DNA of 35,758 nt, from NCBI GenBank assembly GCA_904397185.1, contig CAJFOL010000085.1:1-35758 (forward strand). Reading direction: 5' to 3'. The stretch comes from an uncultured Clostridia bacterium. GTDB taxonomy: Bacteria > Bacillota > Clostridia > Christensenellales > UBA1242. A program made the position numbers and the translations under genes. Each line of letters begins with the position of its first letter. The stretch's first letter is position 1. The notes below the pieces were generated by a model. It saw nothing but the letters and a program-made list of their open reading frames with translations. It made no database searches and was not told where the DNA came from. This document shows positions 16,160 through 24,159 of this stretch, one piece after another.

Positions 16160-17208
16160 TGTTTGGTCATAGATGTGATGGGAAAAAGGTTAAAAATTTA
16201 AATATAATTGATAAGGCAGAGCCTTTCTTTATGCCTCAAAGAATTGATGCCGTCAACTATACAACCGTCAAGGTACCATGTGCGACACTTGATGAGTTTA
16301 TTGCAAGGGAAAGACGTAATGGCAATAGTTACAACTATATGCATCTCGTGATTGCAACTCTTGTAAGAATTATGTATACAAGAAAGAAGCATAATAGGTT
16401 TATTATGCGAGGCTCAATCTATCAAAGAAATTACATAAGTGTGTCAATGGACGTCAAAAAGAGACTTGACGAAGAGGGCGATGATATGACCTTAAAATTT
16501 ATGTTTACAGGCAGGGAGTCTCTTCCAGAGGTAAAGGAAATAGTTGATAGCGAGATTGCAAAAGCCGTACAAGAAGGCGAAGTTGATAAGACCACTAAAT
16601 ATGCAAGTAAACTTGTTAAACTTCCAGATTTTCTTTTCCGCTGGGCTTTGGCAATTTTTAGATGGATGGATAGGCACGGTATGCTCACAAAAGGCATGGT
16701 TAGTGCAAGCCCATTTCACACAAGTGTGTTTTTGACAAACTTAAAGTCAATCAAACTTGGGCATATCTATCATCATTTGTATAACTTCGGCACCACGTCA
16801 ATGTTTGTTTCAATGGGTAAAGAGAAGATGGAGCCTTATATTGAAAACAACAAAGAGATAAAAATTGGTAAGTTTATGAACCTTGGTATGAGCCTTGATG
16901 AACGTGTGGCTGATGGCTTTTATATGGGTAAATCCTTGAAGTTATGCAATGATATTTTGGCAAACCCAGACACATTGCTTCAAAGTATGCCTGATGATGG
17001 AAGTATACCAAAAAAATTGGTAAGGAAAAACAAGAAAAACAAGGTAAAAAAGGTAAAAGCATCAAAGGAAAAGAAACAAAAGAAGATTAAACCATTAAAA
17101 AATAAAGAAAAACAGGACGAAAGAAAGAGAAAAATATCTTTAAGAAAGAGAAAAAGCGAAGATAGTCAAATTAGCACGAAAGAAAATACAACAAATACAG
17201 AAGAATAA
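16159..17208 (+). CDS. 2-oxoacid dehydrogenase E2 / CAT-superfamily acyltransferase-fold protein with a Lys-rich C-terminal tail
   Basis: The motif DERVADGFYMGKSL sits at the position of E2 DHRxxDG and CAT HHAVCDGFH. E248 (nt 16900-16902) replaces the catalytic His. The ATG overlaps the rarA TGA (TGATG). The last ~65 aa are a poly-Lys/Arg tract. Confidence 0.6.
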   Translation: MFGHRCDGKKVKNLNIIDKAEPFFMPQRIDAVNYTTVKVPCATLDEFIARERRNGNSYNYMHLVIATLVRIMYTRKKHNRFIMRGSIYQRNYISVSMDVKKRLDEEGDDMTLKFMFTGRESLPEVKEIVDSEIAKAVQEGEVDKTTKYASKLVKLPDFLFRWALAIFRWMDRHGMLTKGMVSASPFHTSVFLTNLKSIKLGHIYHHLYNFGTTSMFVSMGKEKMEPYIENNKEIKIGKFMNLGMSLDERVADGFYMGKSLKLCNDILANPDTLLQSMPDDGSIPKKLVRKNKKNKVKKVKASKEKKQKKIKPLKNKEKQDERKRKISLRKRKSEDSQISTKENTTNTEE

Positions 17209-17209
17209 T

Positions 17210-17238
17210 TTGCATAAAAGCGGATATTATGATAAAAT
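17210..17238 (+). promoter_or_regulatory. Sigma-A-like promoter upstream of the small membrane ORF and polA
   Basis: TTGCAT, 17-nt spacer, TAAAAT, with a TGa extended -10. Confidence 0.5.
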
Positions 17239-17256
17239 TAATATAGGAGATGAAAA

Positions 17257-17529
17257 ATGAAATCTATAGTTTATTTTATCTTGGCGGTCATCACAATCGT
17301 CTATATCGGCTTTTTGTGTTATGTGAATATTGCAGGCACTAATAGTGATGTTGAATATTACATATCAGTTTATGGTGCACTGGCAATTGCTCTTGCCTAT
17401 GCAGGGATAAATTTCTTCGGCAATCCTTTAAAAATTGTGTTTTTTATATTGCTAATTATTGCAGTAATAATACTTGTCCTGACCATAGCCTTGCCGGATG
17501 TGTTTAAGTCTTTATTTGGGGTAGCATAG
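17257..17529 (+). CDS. Small hydrophobic membrane protein (about 3 TM), unknown function
   Basis: 90 aa and almost entirely hydrophobic. AGGAG RBS 6 nt upstream. Confidence 0.65.
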   Translation: MKSIVYFILAVITIVYIGFLCYVNIAGTNSDVEYYISVYGALAIALAYAGINFFGNPLKIVFFILLIIAVIILVLTIALPDVFKSLFGVA

Positions 17530-17537
17530 GTGAAAAG

Positions 17538-20027
17538 ATGAATAAACTTTTGATTGTAGACGGAAATAGTATTGCAAATAGAGCATTTTATGCTCTTCCT
17601 TTTTTATCCAATCACTTAGGAGAACCATCCGGTGCGGTGTTTGGATTTGCAAATATTTTAATTAAGATTATAAAGGAAGAAAAACCAAGTCATATAGTGA
17701 TAGCCTTTGACCATGCCCGTAAGACGTTTAGAAATGAAATTTATAGTGAATATAAAATGCAGAGAAGCCCAACACCGATTGAACTTGTCTCTCAATTTCC
17801 AGTTATCAAACAAATGCTCTCAACTATGGATATTAAAATTGTAGAACAAGAGGGAATTGAAGCGGATGACATAATAGGCACAATAGCAAAAAATAATGCT
17901 TGCGAGAAATTGATTTTATCGGGAGACCGAGACCTTTTGCAACTTATAGATGGTGATACCGTTGTTTGGCTGACTAAAAAGGGTGTAAGTGAGGTTGATA
18001 AGGTTGATGAAAACAGACTCAAAGAAGAATTTGGGATAAAGCCATATCAAGTGATAGAGTTAAAAGCATTGATGGGAGACAAATCTGACAATATTCCGGG
18101 AGTTATGGGTGTAGGCGAAAAAACTGCCCAAAGTTTAATTGAACAGTATGGTGATATAGACACTGTATATCAAAATCTTGACAATTTAAAACCAAAACTA
18201 AAAGAGAAACTGGAAGAAGACAAAGACATGGCATACACCTCTAAAAAACTTGCAACAATAAAGACCGATTGTCAATTTGTTTTTTCGCTTGATGATTGCC
18301 GTTTAAATTTCCCTTTTAGCGAAAAAGTATATAAGTTTTTTGAAAAAATGGATTTTACATCTCTCACTAAAAATACCGACCTTTTTAGCCGGGAAGTTGA
18401 GCCTGCAAAGGATGCAAAACGTGAAAAATTGACATATGAAAATCTGTCAAATTTAAAAGATTTTAAAGACGACTATTTTTGCTATAATTTACAAGATATG
18501 GAGTTTTTATGTGCAGACAACCTACTATATCTAGATAAAAATATAGATATGTTTAGCGATAATCTTGATTTAAAAGATTGTCTTAATGCCTTAAAAAATG
18601 TGTTTGAAAATGATAAAATTTTAAAGTTAACATTTTCTGCTAAGAGCGATATGCATCTTTTAAAAAAGTACGGAATTGTTTTAAACAATTATTATGATTT
18701 GGCAGTTGGGGACTATATAGTAAATGCTGGACAAAAAACTACAGTTAAACTTTCTTTAAATGACTATTATTCTCATTACAAGGAGTTGAAAGAGAAGATA
18801 GAAGAAAATAATCTTTCATTTATCTATGACAAAATTGAAAAACCTTTAATAGAAATTTTGTTTAGCATGGAAGAAAATGGCTTTAGAATAAATAAAGAAA
18901 GGCTAGAGGAACTTGACGAGGAGTACACTAAAAAACTTGAAGACTTGACAAAAAATATCTATGAAGAGGCAGGCGAAGAGTTTAATATAAATTCTCCTCG
19001 ACAGGTCGCACATATCTTATTTGATAAACTTGGGATAAAGGCATACAACAACAAAAAAATGTCTACAAAAGCGGATATACTTGAAGAACTTAGATTTATT
19101 CCAATTGTTGAAGATATCTTAAATTATAGAAAATATGCCAAACTTAAGAACACATACATTGATGTGTATGAGAAACTTATTGCCGAATACGGAGATATTA
19201 TTCACACTACATTTAACCAAACTCTTACTAGTACAGGCAGACTTTCAAGCAGTGAGCCTAACCTGCAAAATATACCAACACGGGATGATTATGGCAAAAA
19301 TTTAAGAAAGATTTTTGTCTCAAAATTTCAGGGTGGAAAGATTATTTCAGCCGATTATAACCAAATTGAACTTCGACTTCTTGCTGATATGTCGGGTGAG
19401 GACGAACTTATAAATTCATATAGACAAGGCAAAGATATCCATGCTCTAACCGCATCACAAATATTTAATGTAGATATTGACAAAGTCTCGCCACTTCAAA
19501 GAAGGGAGGCTAAAGCAGTAAATTTTGGGATAATTTATGGTATTAGTGACTATGGCTTGTCTCAAAATATAAAGATAACTCGTGAAAGTGCTAAAAAGTA
19601 TATCAATTCATATTTTACTCGTTACCCAAAAGTAAAACAATTTATGGATAATAATGTGACATTTGCTAAAGAAAAAGGCTATGCAGTGACCAAGTTTGGT
19701 AGAATAAGAAAGATACCAGAATTATCTTCATCTAAATATCAAACAAGGGCATTTGGTGAACGTGTTGCTATGAATATGCCACTTCAAGGGACTGCCTCAG
19801 ATATTATTAAACTTGCAATGATAAGGGTTTATAATGCATTAAAAGAGAAAAATCTTAAAAGTCAACTTATTTTGCAAATTCACGATGAACTTATTATTGA
19901 TACTTTCCCAGGAGAAGAAGAGGTTATTGAAAGACTTTTGAAAAGTGCGATGGAGGGTGTGACTGAGTTAAAAGTGCCACTAATCGTCTCTATGGGGTGT
20001 GGCGAAAGTCTATATGATTGTAAATGA
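17538..20027 (+). CDS. polA: DNA polymerase I
   Basis: 5'-nuclease N-terminus (LLIVDGNSIANRAFYA), Pol-A motif A ADYNQIELRLLA, motif B RREAKAVNFGIIYG and motif C LQIHDELI. 829 aa. Confidence 0.95.
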   Translation: MNKLLIVDGNSIANRAFYALPFLSNHLGEPSGAVFGFANILIKIIKEEKPSHIVIAFDHARKTFRNEIYSEYKMQRSPTPIELVSQFPVIKQMLSTMDIKIVEQEGIEADDIIGTIAKNNACEKLILSGDRDLLQLIDGDTVVWLTKKGVSEVDKVDENRLKEEFGIKPYQVIELKALMGDKSDNIPGVMGVGEKTAQSLIEQYGDIDTVYQNLDNLKPKLKEKLEEDKDMAYTSKKLATIKTDCQFVFSLDDCRLNFPFSEKVYKFFEKMDFTSLTKNTDLFSREVEPAKDAKREKLTYENLSNLKDFKDDYFCYNLQDMEFLCADNLLYLDKNIDMFSDNLDLKDCLNALKNVFENDKILKLTFSAKSDMHLLKKYGIVLNNYYDLAVGDYIVNAGQKTTVKLSLNDYYSHYKELKEKIEENNLSFIYDKIEKPLIEILFSMEENGFRINKERLEELDEEYTKKLEDLTKNIYEEAGEEFNINSPRQVAHILFDKLGIKAYNNKKMSTKADILEELRFIPIVEDILNYRKYAKLKNTYIDVYEKLIAEYGDIIHTTFNQTLTSTGRLSSSEPNLQNIPTRDDYGKNLRKIFVSKFQGGKIISADYNQIELRLLADMSGEDELINSYRQGKDIHALTASQIFNVDIDKVSPLQRREAKAVNFGIIYGISDYGLSQNIKITRESAKKYINSYFTRYPKVKQFMDNNVTFAKEKGYAVTKFGRIRKIPELSSSKYQTRAFGERVAMNMPLQGTASDIIKLAMIRVYNALKEKNLKSQLILQIHDELIIDTFPGEEEVIERLLKSAMEGVTELKVPLIVSMGCGESLYDCK

Positions 20028-20146
20028 TAAAACTATTTGAATAGAGCAGTTACAATTGTAGCCACCTAAAATAAAACGTAGACACACCTATATAGTGATA
20101 CACTTTTTGTGCTACTTTAAAGATTAATTATACTTAGGAGAAAAAA

Positions 20147-20830
20147 TTGAAGACAAAACTTATAATATTTGATTTTGATGGGACATTATCAAAACCAAAC
20201 AAACTGCCAAACAGTTGGACTAGAATTTGGGCAAAAATAGATAGAAAAGAAGATGACGATAGATTGTATGGGCAATATATTAGGGGTGAGATAGATTATA
20301 ATGAATGGGCGATTGAAGTACTAAAAATATATAGAGAAGCAGGGGTTAATAGAAAACTGCTTGAAGAGATTGCAAAGGATACACTTTTACTTGATGACAG
20401 CGATGAGGTGTTAAAGTCATTATACGAGAAGGGTATTAAAACAATCATTTTGTCAGGTGGGATAAAAAATATAATTAATTTTGTGCTTGGAAAAAGTGAA
20501 AAGTATATCTATAAAATCGAGGCACAGGAGATACTTTTTGATAGCGATGGTGTTGTCAATGGTATAACAAAATTGAATCATTTTATTGAAGATAAGAGTC
20601 AATATGTAAGTATGATAATAGATGAATTGAACCTTGACCCAAGCGAAGTTGTATTTTTTGGTAATAGTGAAAATGATGAAACTGTATACAAGACAGGGGT
20701 TAAGACTATATGCATAAACCCTCAAGGAGCAAACTATAAAGATAGCACAATTTGGAACAAAGTTATCAAAAATTGCAAAAGCCTTAAGGAACTATTGCCA
20801 TTTATTGAAGAAAATGATAAAAATATTTAA
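20147..20830 (+). CDS. HAD-superfamily hydrolase (HAD-IB/PSPase-like)
   Basis: DxDGT motif IIFDFDGTL, then ILSGG and GNSENDE. TTG start with AGGAG 7 nt upstream. Confidence 0.75.
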   Translation: MKTKLIIFDFDGTLSKPNKLPNSWTRIWAKIDRKEDDDRLYGQYIRGEIDYNEWAIEVLKIYREAGVNRKLLEEIAKDTLLLDDSDEVLKSLYEKGIKTIILSGGIKNIINFVLGKSEKYIYKIEAQEILFDSDGVVNGITKLNHFIEDKSQYVSMIIDELNLDPSEVVFFGNSENDETVYKTGVKTICINPQGANYKDSTIWNKVIKNCKSLKELLPFIEENDKNI

Positions 20831-20847
20831 TTTTTTTTGATTATTAT

Positions 20848-20876
20848 TTGACTAATTTTGTGTAAAAGGGTATACT
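20848..20876 (+). promoter_or_regulatory. Sigma-A-like promoter upstream of ruvX
   Basis: TTGACT, 17-nt spacer, TATACT. Confidence 0.5.
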
Positions 20877-20891
20877 CATTATGGAGATGTA

Positions 20892-21320
20892 ATGCAAAAG
20901 CATAGAAAAATGGGAGTAGATTATGGAGATAAACGTATAGGAATTGCCTTGAGCGACTTATTATGTATAATTTCCAGCCCTTACGAAGTCTATCAAAATA
21001 AAGGCGAAGAAGATGCTTTAAAACACTTGGACAAAATTATTAAAGATAATGATGTCGATGAGGTTGCATTTGGATTACCTTTAAATATGGACGGAAGTGA
21101 GGGAGAGCGAGCAAAAATCCATAGAGAGTTTGGAGAAAAACTTGCTCAGTACTCTGGTGTCAAGGTGTTTTATATAGATGAGCGCTTAACCTCGGCAGAG
21201 GCTGAAGACATTTTAGTTTCAAGCGGTGTCCGAAGGGAAAAGCGAAAGGAACTCATAGATAAAATATCTGCACAACTTATTTTGCAGTCATACATTGCTA
21301 ATTTTAAAAAGGGGAATTAA
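20892..21320 (+). CDS. ruvX: Putative pre-16S rRNA nuclease / Holliday junction resolvase-like YqgF
   Basis: GVDYGDKRIGIALSD N-terminal motif of the YqgF family. GGAG RBS. Confidence 0.88.
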   Translation: MQKHRKMGVDYGDKRIGIALSDLLCIISSPYEVYQNKGEEDALKHLDKIIKDNDVDEVAFGLPLNMDGSEGERAKIHREFGEKLAQYSGVKVFYIDERLTSAEAEDILVSSGVRREKRKELIDKISAQLILQSYIANFKKGN

Positions 21321-21321
21321 T

Positions 21322-21771
21322 ATGGAAGAAAAGAAAGTAGAAAAAAAAGAGGAAGATTTAAGACCAGTTGATATTCTTGACGTTTTACTTGATCAAGATA
21401 ACAAAGAGCCAATTGTTCTTGTAGATGAGGCAGGGAAACAACTTACATTTGAGCAAGTTGCTGTTATTCCTTACGAAGTAAGAAAGGAAAAGAGATTATA
21501 TGCTGTTCTTAAGCCTATTGATAAAATTGAAGGCATTGGTGATGACGAGGCTATCGTATTTGTAGTTGACCAAGACAAAGATGGGAACTCTATCATCAAA
21601 GTTGAGGAAGACGAGGAAGTTGCTATTGCAGTATTTGATAAATATTATGACCTTCTTGAAGAAGCACAAAAGAAAGAGAAGGAAGAGGCAAAAGCAACAA
21701 AAACAGCACCTAAGAAAACAACTTCTTCTAAAGTTGCTGGAAAAACAACAAAGAAAACTGATAAGAAATAA
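21322..21771 (+). CDS. DUF1292 (YrzB-like) protein with a Lys-rich C-terminal extension
   Basis: The gene lies directly after ruvX, as yrzB does in B. subtilis. Acidic core (VLVDEAGKQLTFEQVAVIPY...LYAVLKP...EAIVF). The start is the ATG at 21322 after GGGGA. The track start at 21295 lies inside ruvX. Confidence 0.7.
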   Translation: MEEKKVEKKEEDLRPVDILDVLLDQDNKEPIVLVDEAGKQLTFEQVAVIPYEVRKEKRLYAVLKPIDKIEGIGDDEAIVFVVDQDKDGNSIIKVEEDEEVAIAVFDKYYDLLEEAQKKEKEEAKATKTAPKKTTSSKVAGKTTKKTDKK

Positions 21772-21794
21772 TCTCATCTCAAATAAAAACAAAA

Positions 21795-21819
21795 GCATCC
21801 ATTTCTATGGATGCTTTTT
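21795..21819 (+). terminator. Intrinsic terminator after the ruvX-DUF1292 pair
   Basis: GCATCCAT/ATGGATGC 8-bp stem with a 4-nt loop, followed by TTTTT. Confidence 0.8.
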
Positions 21820-21971
21820 CGTTATAACAATGGTTTTGCTACTTTACCATATTGAATTGCAAATTTGTTACAATGTTTTTAATAAAAAATTTGTAATTAT
21901 GTATAAAATCTTTTATTTAAGCCATAATGAATATACAAGGTAATAAACCTTGAATACAGGAGGTGAAAACT

Positions 21972-22112
21972 ATGTTTGGTAAAAATTCCAAGATGGGAAA
22001 GAGTACCAAAAGTGGCAAGATGTCAAAATCTGCAAAAAGTAATGTAGAGGCATCTAAAGAAGCGAAAGGTTGCGGTTCTAAATCATCAAATTCAACTAAG
22101 GACTGCAAATAG
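21972..22112 (+). CDS. 46-aa Lys/Ser-rich basic micro-protein (below the ORF-track length cutoff)
   Basis: My translation is MFGKNSKMGKSTKSGKMSKSAKSNVEASKEAKGCGSKSSNSTKDCK. There is a strong AGGAGGTG RBS 7 nt upstream and a terminator 17 nt downstream. Confidence 0.6.
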   Translation: MFGKNSKMGKSTKSGKMSKSAKSNVEASKEAKGCGSKSSNSTKDCK

Positions 22113-22128
22113 TTTTCAGCCAAAATAG

Positions 22129-22158
22129 AAGAAGGCAATCAGCCTTCTTTTATTTTAT
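22129..22158. terminator. Intrinsic terminator (bidirectional position between convergent genes)
   Basis: AAGAAGGC/GCCTTCTT 8-bp stem with a 5-nt loop, followed by TTATTTTA. An A-rich stretch lies upstream. Confidence 0.75.
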
Positions 22159-22221
22159 AGAATTATAGGTTTTTATAAAATGTTTTTAAATTTGAGCAAA
22201 TATCACTTCAGTCAGTTTGAT

Positions 22222-22977
22222 TTATTCTGTTGGCTGACTGTCTTCAAATAAAGTCATATTGATTTTTTCAAAGTTTAGTGTGATAACCTCTTCGTTTATA
22301 CCAGTTATTACAATTGATGTTTGTAATTGCCCATTGAAACTTGAGTTGTTGAAATAGCCTTGACTTGTGTATGTGTTTGTGATGGTACCATCATCAGTAG
22401 GTGAGGTTATTTCAATACGAAATCTATACTGACTTTCTTCGCGTTCACCGCTTCCACCAAAACATAAAACCGAGGTATGGTCAGATATAAATTCGCCTGT
22501 TTCAGATATGCTTCCGCTTTCAAAAGGAATGAAAACATTGCTGTTTTCAATAGTTGCATAACTCAGCACAAAGGTTACACCAATATAACTATCAAGCCCA
22601 GATATAACAAGCCCATCAAGCGAAGTATAAATCATTTTAGACGGATTTGTTTCTTCAAAAACTGCGATGTAGTCACCTTGAGTGCTACTATTATATGTTA
22701 AAGTCAATTCCTTGTCAGTTGAGACTACTTTGCTATCGTCTTTTATCCAACATATGAAAGGATTTGTAGAAGATGTAGAATTATTCTCATTTGCCACAAG
22801 AGTCATCGTAGTGCCTTCCACTTGCCTTGGGTTTGTAAAGTTGCCAACAACAGAGCCATATGTTGAATCGCTCCAGTATACATTTATTATATAAGTTGTA
22901 CTTGATGTACAAGCCGAAAGCAAAAGCATAGGACAAAGGCAGAGAATTGAAAGTAAAATTTTTACTGATTTTTTCAT
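22222..22977 (-). CDS. Lipoprotein, unknown function (possibly beta-rich repeat domains)
   Basis: Signal peptide with a lipobox (MKKSVKILLSILCLCPMLLLSAC/TSS). The mature part is Ser/Thr/Asn-rich. One segment (TLVANENNSTSSTNPFICWIKDDSKVVS...YIAVFE) loosely resembles the Listeria-Bacteroides (InlB B-type) repeat pattern. Confidence 0.7.
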   Translation of the reverse strand: MKKSVKILLSILCLCPMLLLSACTSSTTYIINVYWSDSTYGSVVGNFTNPRQVEGTTMTLVANENNSTSSTNPFICWIKDDSKVVSTDKELTLTYNSSTQGDYIAVFEETNPSKMIYTSLDGLVISGLDSYIGVTFVLSYATIENSNVFIPFESGSISETGEFISDHTSVLCFGGSGEREESQYRFRIEITSPTDDGTITNTYTSQGYFNNSSFNGQLQTSIVITGINEEVITLNFEKINMTLFEDSQPTE

Positions 22978-23103
22978 TTTATACCTCTTTTATATTAGTA
23001 TTATCAATATTTTTATGTTATTTGTCAAATTATTTGCTTTAAATTTCATTTTCTTAGTGTATTTTTTTGTTCCTTGCATAGAATATCAATGAAAGGAGCA
23101 GTT

Positions 23104-23877
23104 ATGTGGGAGTTTTCACTAAACATCAAGACAGAAAATTTTGCAATAGCAAGTTTGCTATATAATGCACTATCAAAATCAATAAATCAAATGCAGGGAG
23201 TTATAACTTCAAACGAAGAAAATGGTTATATATCTATTTTGGTGGCTGTAGATAAGGCTAACAAGGATAGAGCAAAACTTCTAATAACCTCTTGCATTAT
23301 CGAAATCATTTGCAAAAGTTTTAAGTCTACATTTTTAGATAATTATCTTATTTTCCCTCGTCAAGATAAAATAGGAATGCTTGCCTTTAAAAAAGCATTA
23401 TTGAATTTTGATAGAGAGACCGATAAGTATATAATAAAGAAAAACCTCGAACTTAAACATGACTTATTCCTTGAGTCCTTTTATCAATTCAAACTAAGAC
23501 CTCTTCAAGAAAAGTGGGCAGAACTTGTCAGCCTATCAAATGAGAATAGCGATTATCTTATCTCTTCTGACAGTTTTATAGATTTACTCAAATTTTTGGT
23601 TGATAACCTTGATATTTGTGAAGATGAAATAAGTGTTGTTAAGGAGGGTGAAGTATATAAAATATTTACAATAGAGAATGTACAGTATCAAAACAAGACC
23701 TTTAGCGAAGAGATGATTGTCTCATCTGTAATTGATCTTTCTCCTTCAAAAATCAACTTGTATTTTAAAGAGACCTCAGGAGCCATTAATTTGCTTGAAA
23801 AGATATTTGAAGAGAGAATTACAGTCAATAATAGTGGTGCTAAAATATACACAAAGGATAAAATTTATAAATCTTGA
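23104..23877 (+). CDS. YtxC-like putative sporulation protein
   Basis: The size (~257 aa) and the position immediately upstream of thrS match B. subtilis ytxC. AAAGGAG lies 6 nt before the ATG at 23104. The call rests mainly on synteny. Confidence 0.5.
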   Translation: MWEFSLNIKTENFAIASLLYNALSKSINQMQGVITSNEENGYISILVAVDKANKDRAKLLITSCIIEIICKSFKSTFLDNYLIFPRQDKIGMLAFKKALLNFDRETDKYIIKKNLELKHDLFLESFYQFKLRPLQEKWAELVSLSNENSDYLISSDSFIDLLKFLVDNLDICEDEISVVKEGEVYKIFTIENVQYQNKTFSEEMIVSSVIDLSPSKINLYFKETSGAINLLEKIFEERITVNNSGAKIYTKDKIYKS

Positions 23878-23895
23878 AAAAACATGAAAGAGTAG

Positions 23896-23924
23896 TTGAC
23901 AAATAAATTTTATAGTGCTAAAAT
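23896..23924 (+). promoter_or_regulatory. Promoter of the thrS T-box leader
   Basis: TTGACA, 17-nt spacer, TAAAAT, with a TGc extended -10. Confidence 0.65.
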
Positions 23925-23929
23925 AAGGT

Positions 23930-24128
23930 TGATACTTGGAATGGCAGACAAGTAAGCACATTTGTAGTGTACAGAGAAAGATTGGTTGGTGAAAAATCTT
24001 GACTAGAATGTTGACTGAAACCACTGCTGTGATGATAAGTTTTTAATTAAGTGGTCTTAAATTAAGACAATTAAGGTGGAACCGCGGTTTATAGATAATC
24101 GTCCTTAAATTTTAAGGGCGTTTTTTAT
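23930..24128 (+). promoter_or_regulatory. T-box riboswitch leader (threonine, ACC specifier) with terminator
   Basis: The T-box sequence AATTAAGGTGGAACCGCG is at 24069-24086. An AGAGA element is present in stem I. The candidate specifier GAA-ACC-A has ACC at 24020-24022. The terminator CGTCCTTAAA/TTTAAGGGCG is followed by TTTTTT. Confidence 0.88.
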
Positions 24129-24159
24129 TTGTAAAAAATGCCAAAAAAGGAGAAAAATT

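Noticed and set aside
18400-18800. PolA 3'-5' exonuclease region looks degenerate (DME at Exo I, no clear Exo III YxxxD)
   Set aside because: Vestigial proofreading domains are normal for Firmicute Pol I (for example Bst), so this is not unusual. My motif alignment here is also uncertain.
20028-20146. Possible hairpins after polA (CTATT/AATAG; GTAG(A)CAC/GTGCTAC)
   Set aside because: The stems are short or bulged with long loops and no proper T-run. They are not convincing as a terminator or RNA element.
21496-22138. Track ORFs 21566-21943(+), 21496-21798(-) and 21917-22138(-)
   Set aside because: These are alternative-frame or antisense readings of the A-rich DUF1292 tail, the terminator and the 46-aa micro-ORF. 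The micro-ORF with its AGGAGGTG RBS explains the region better.
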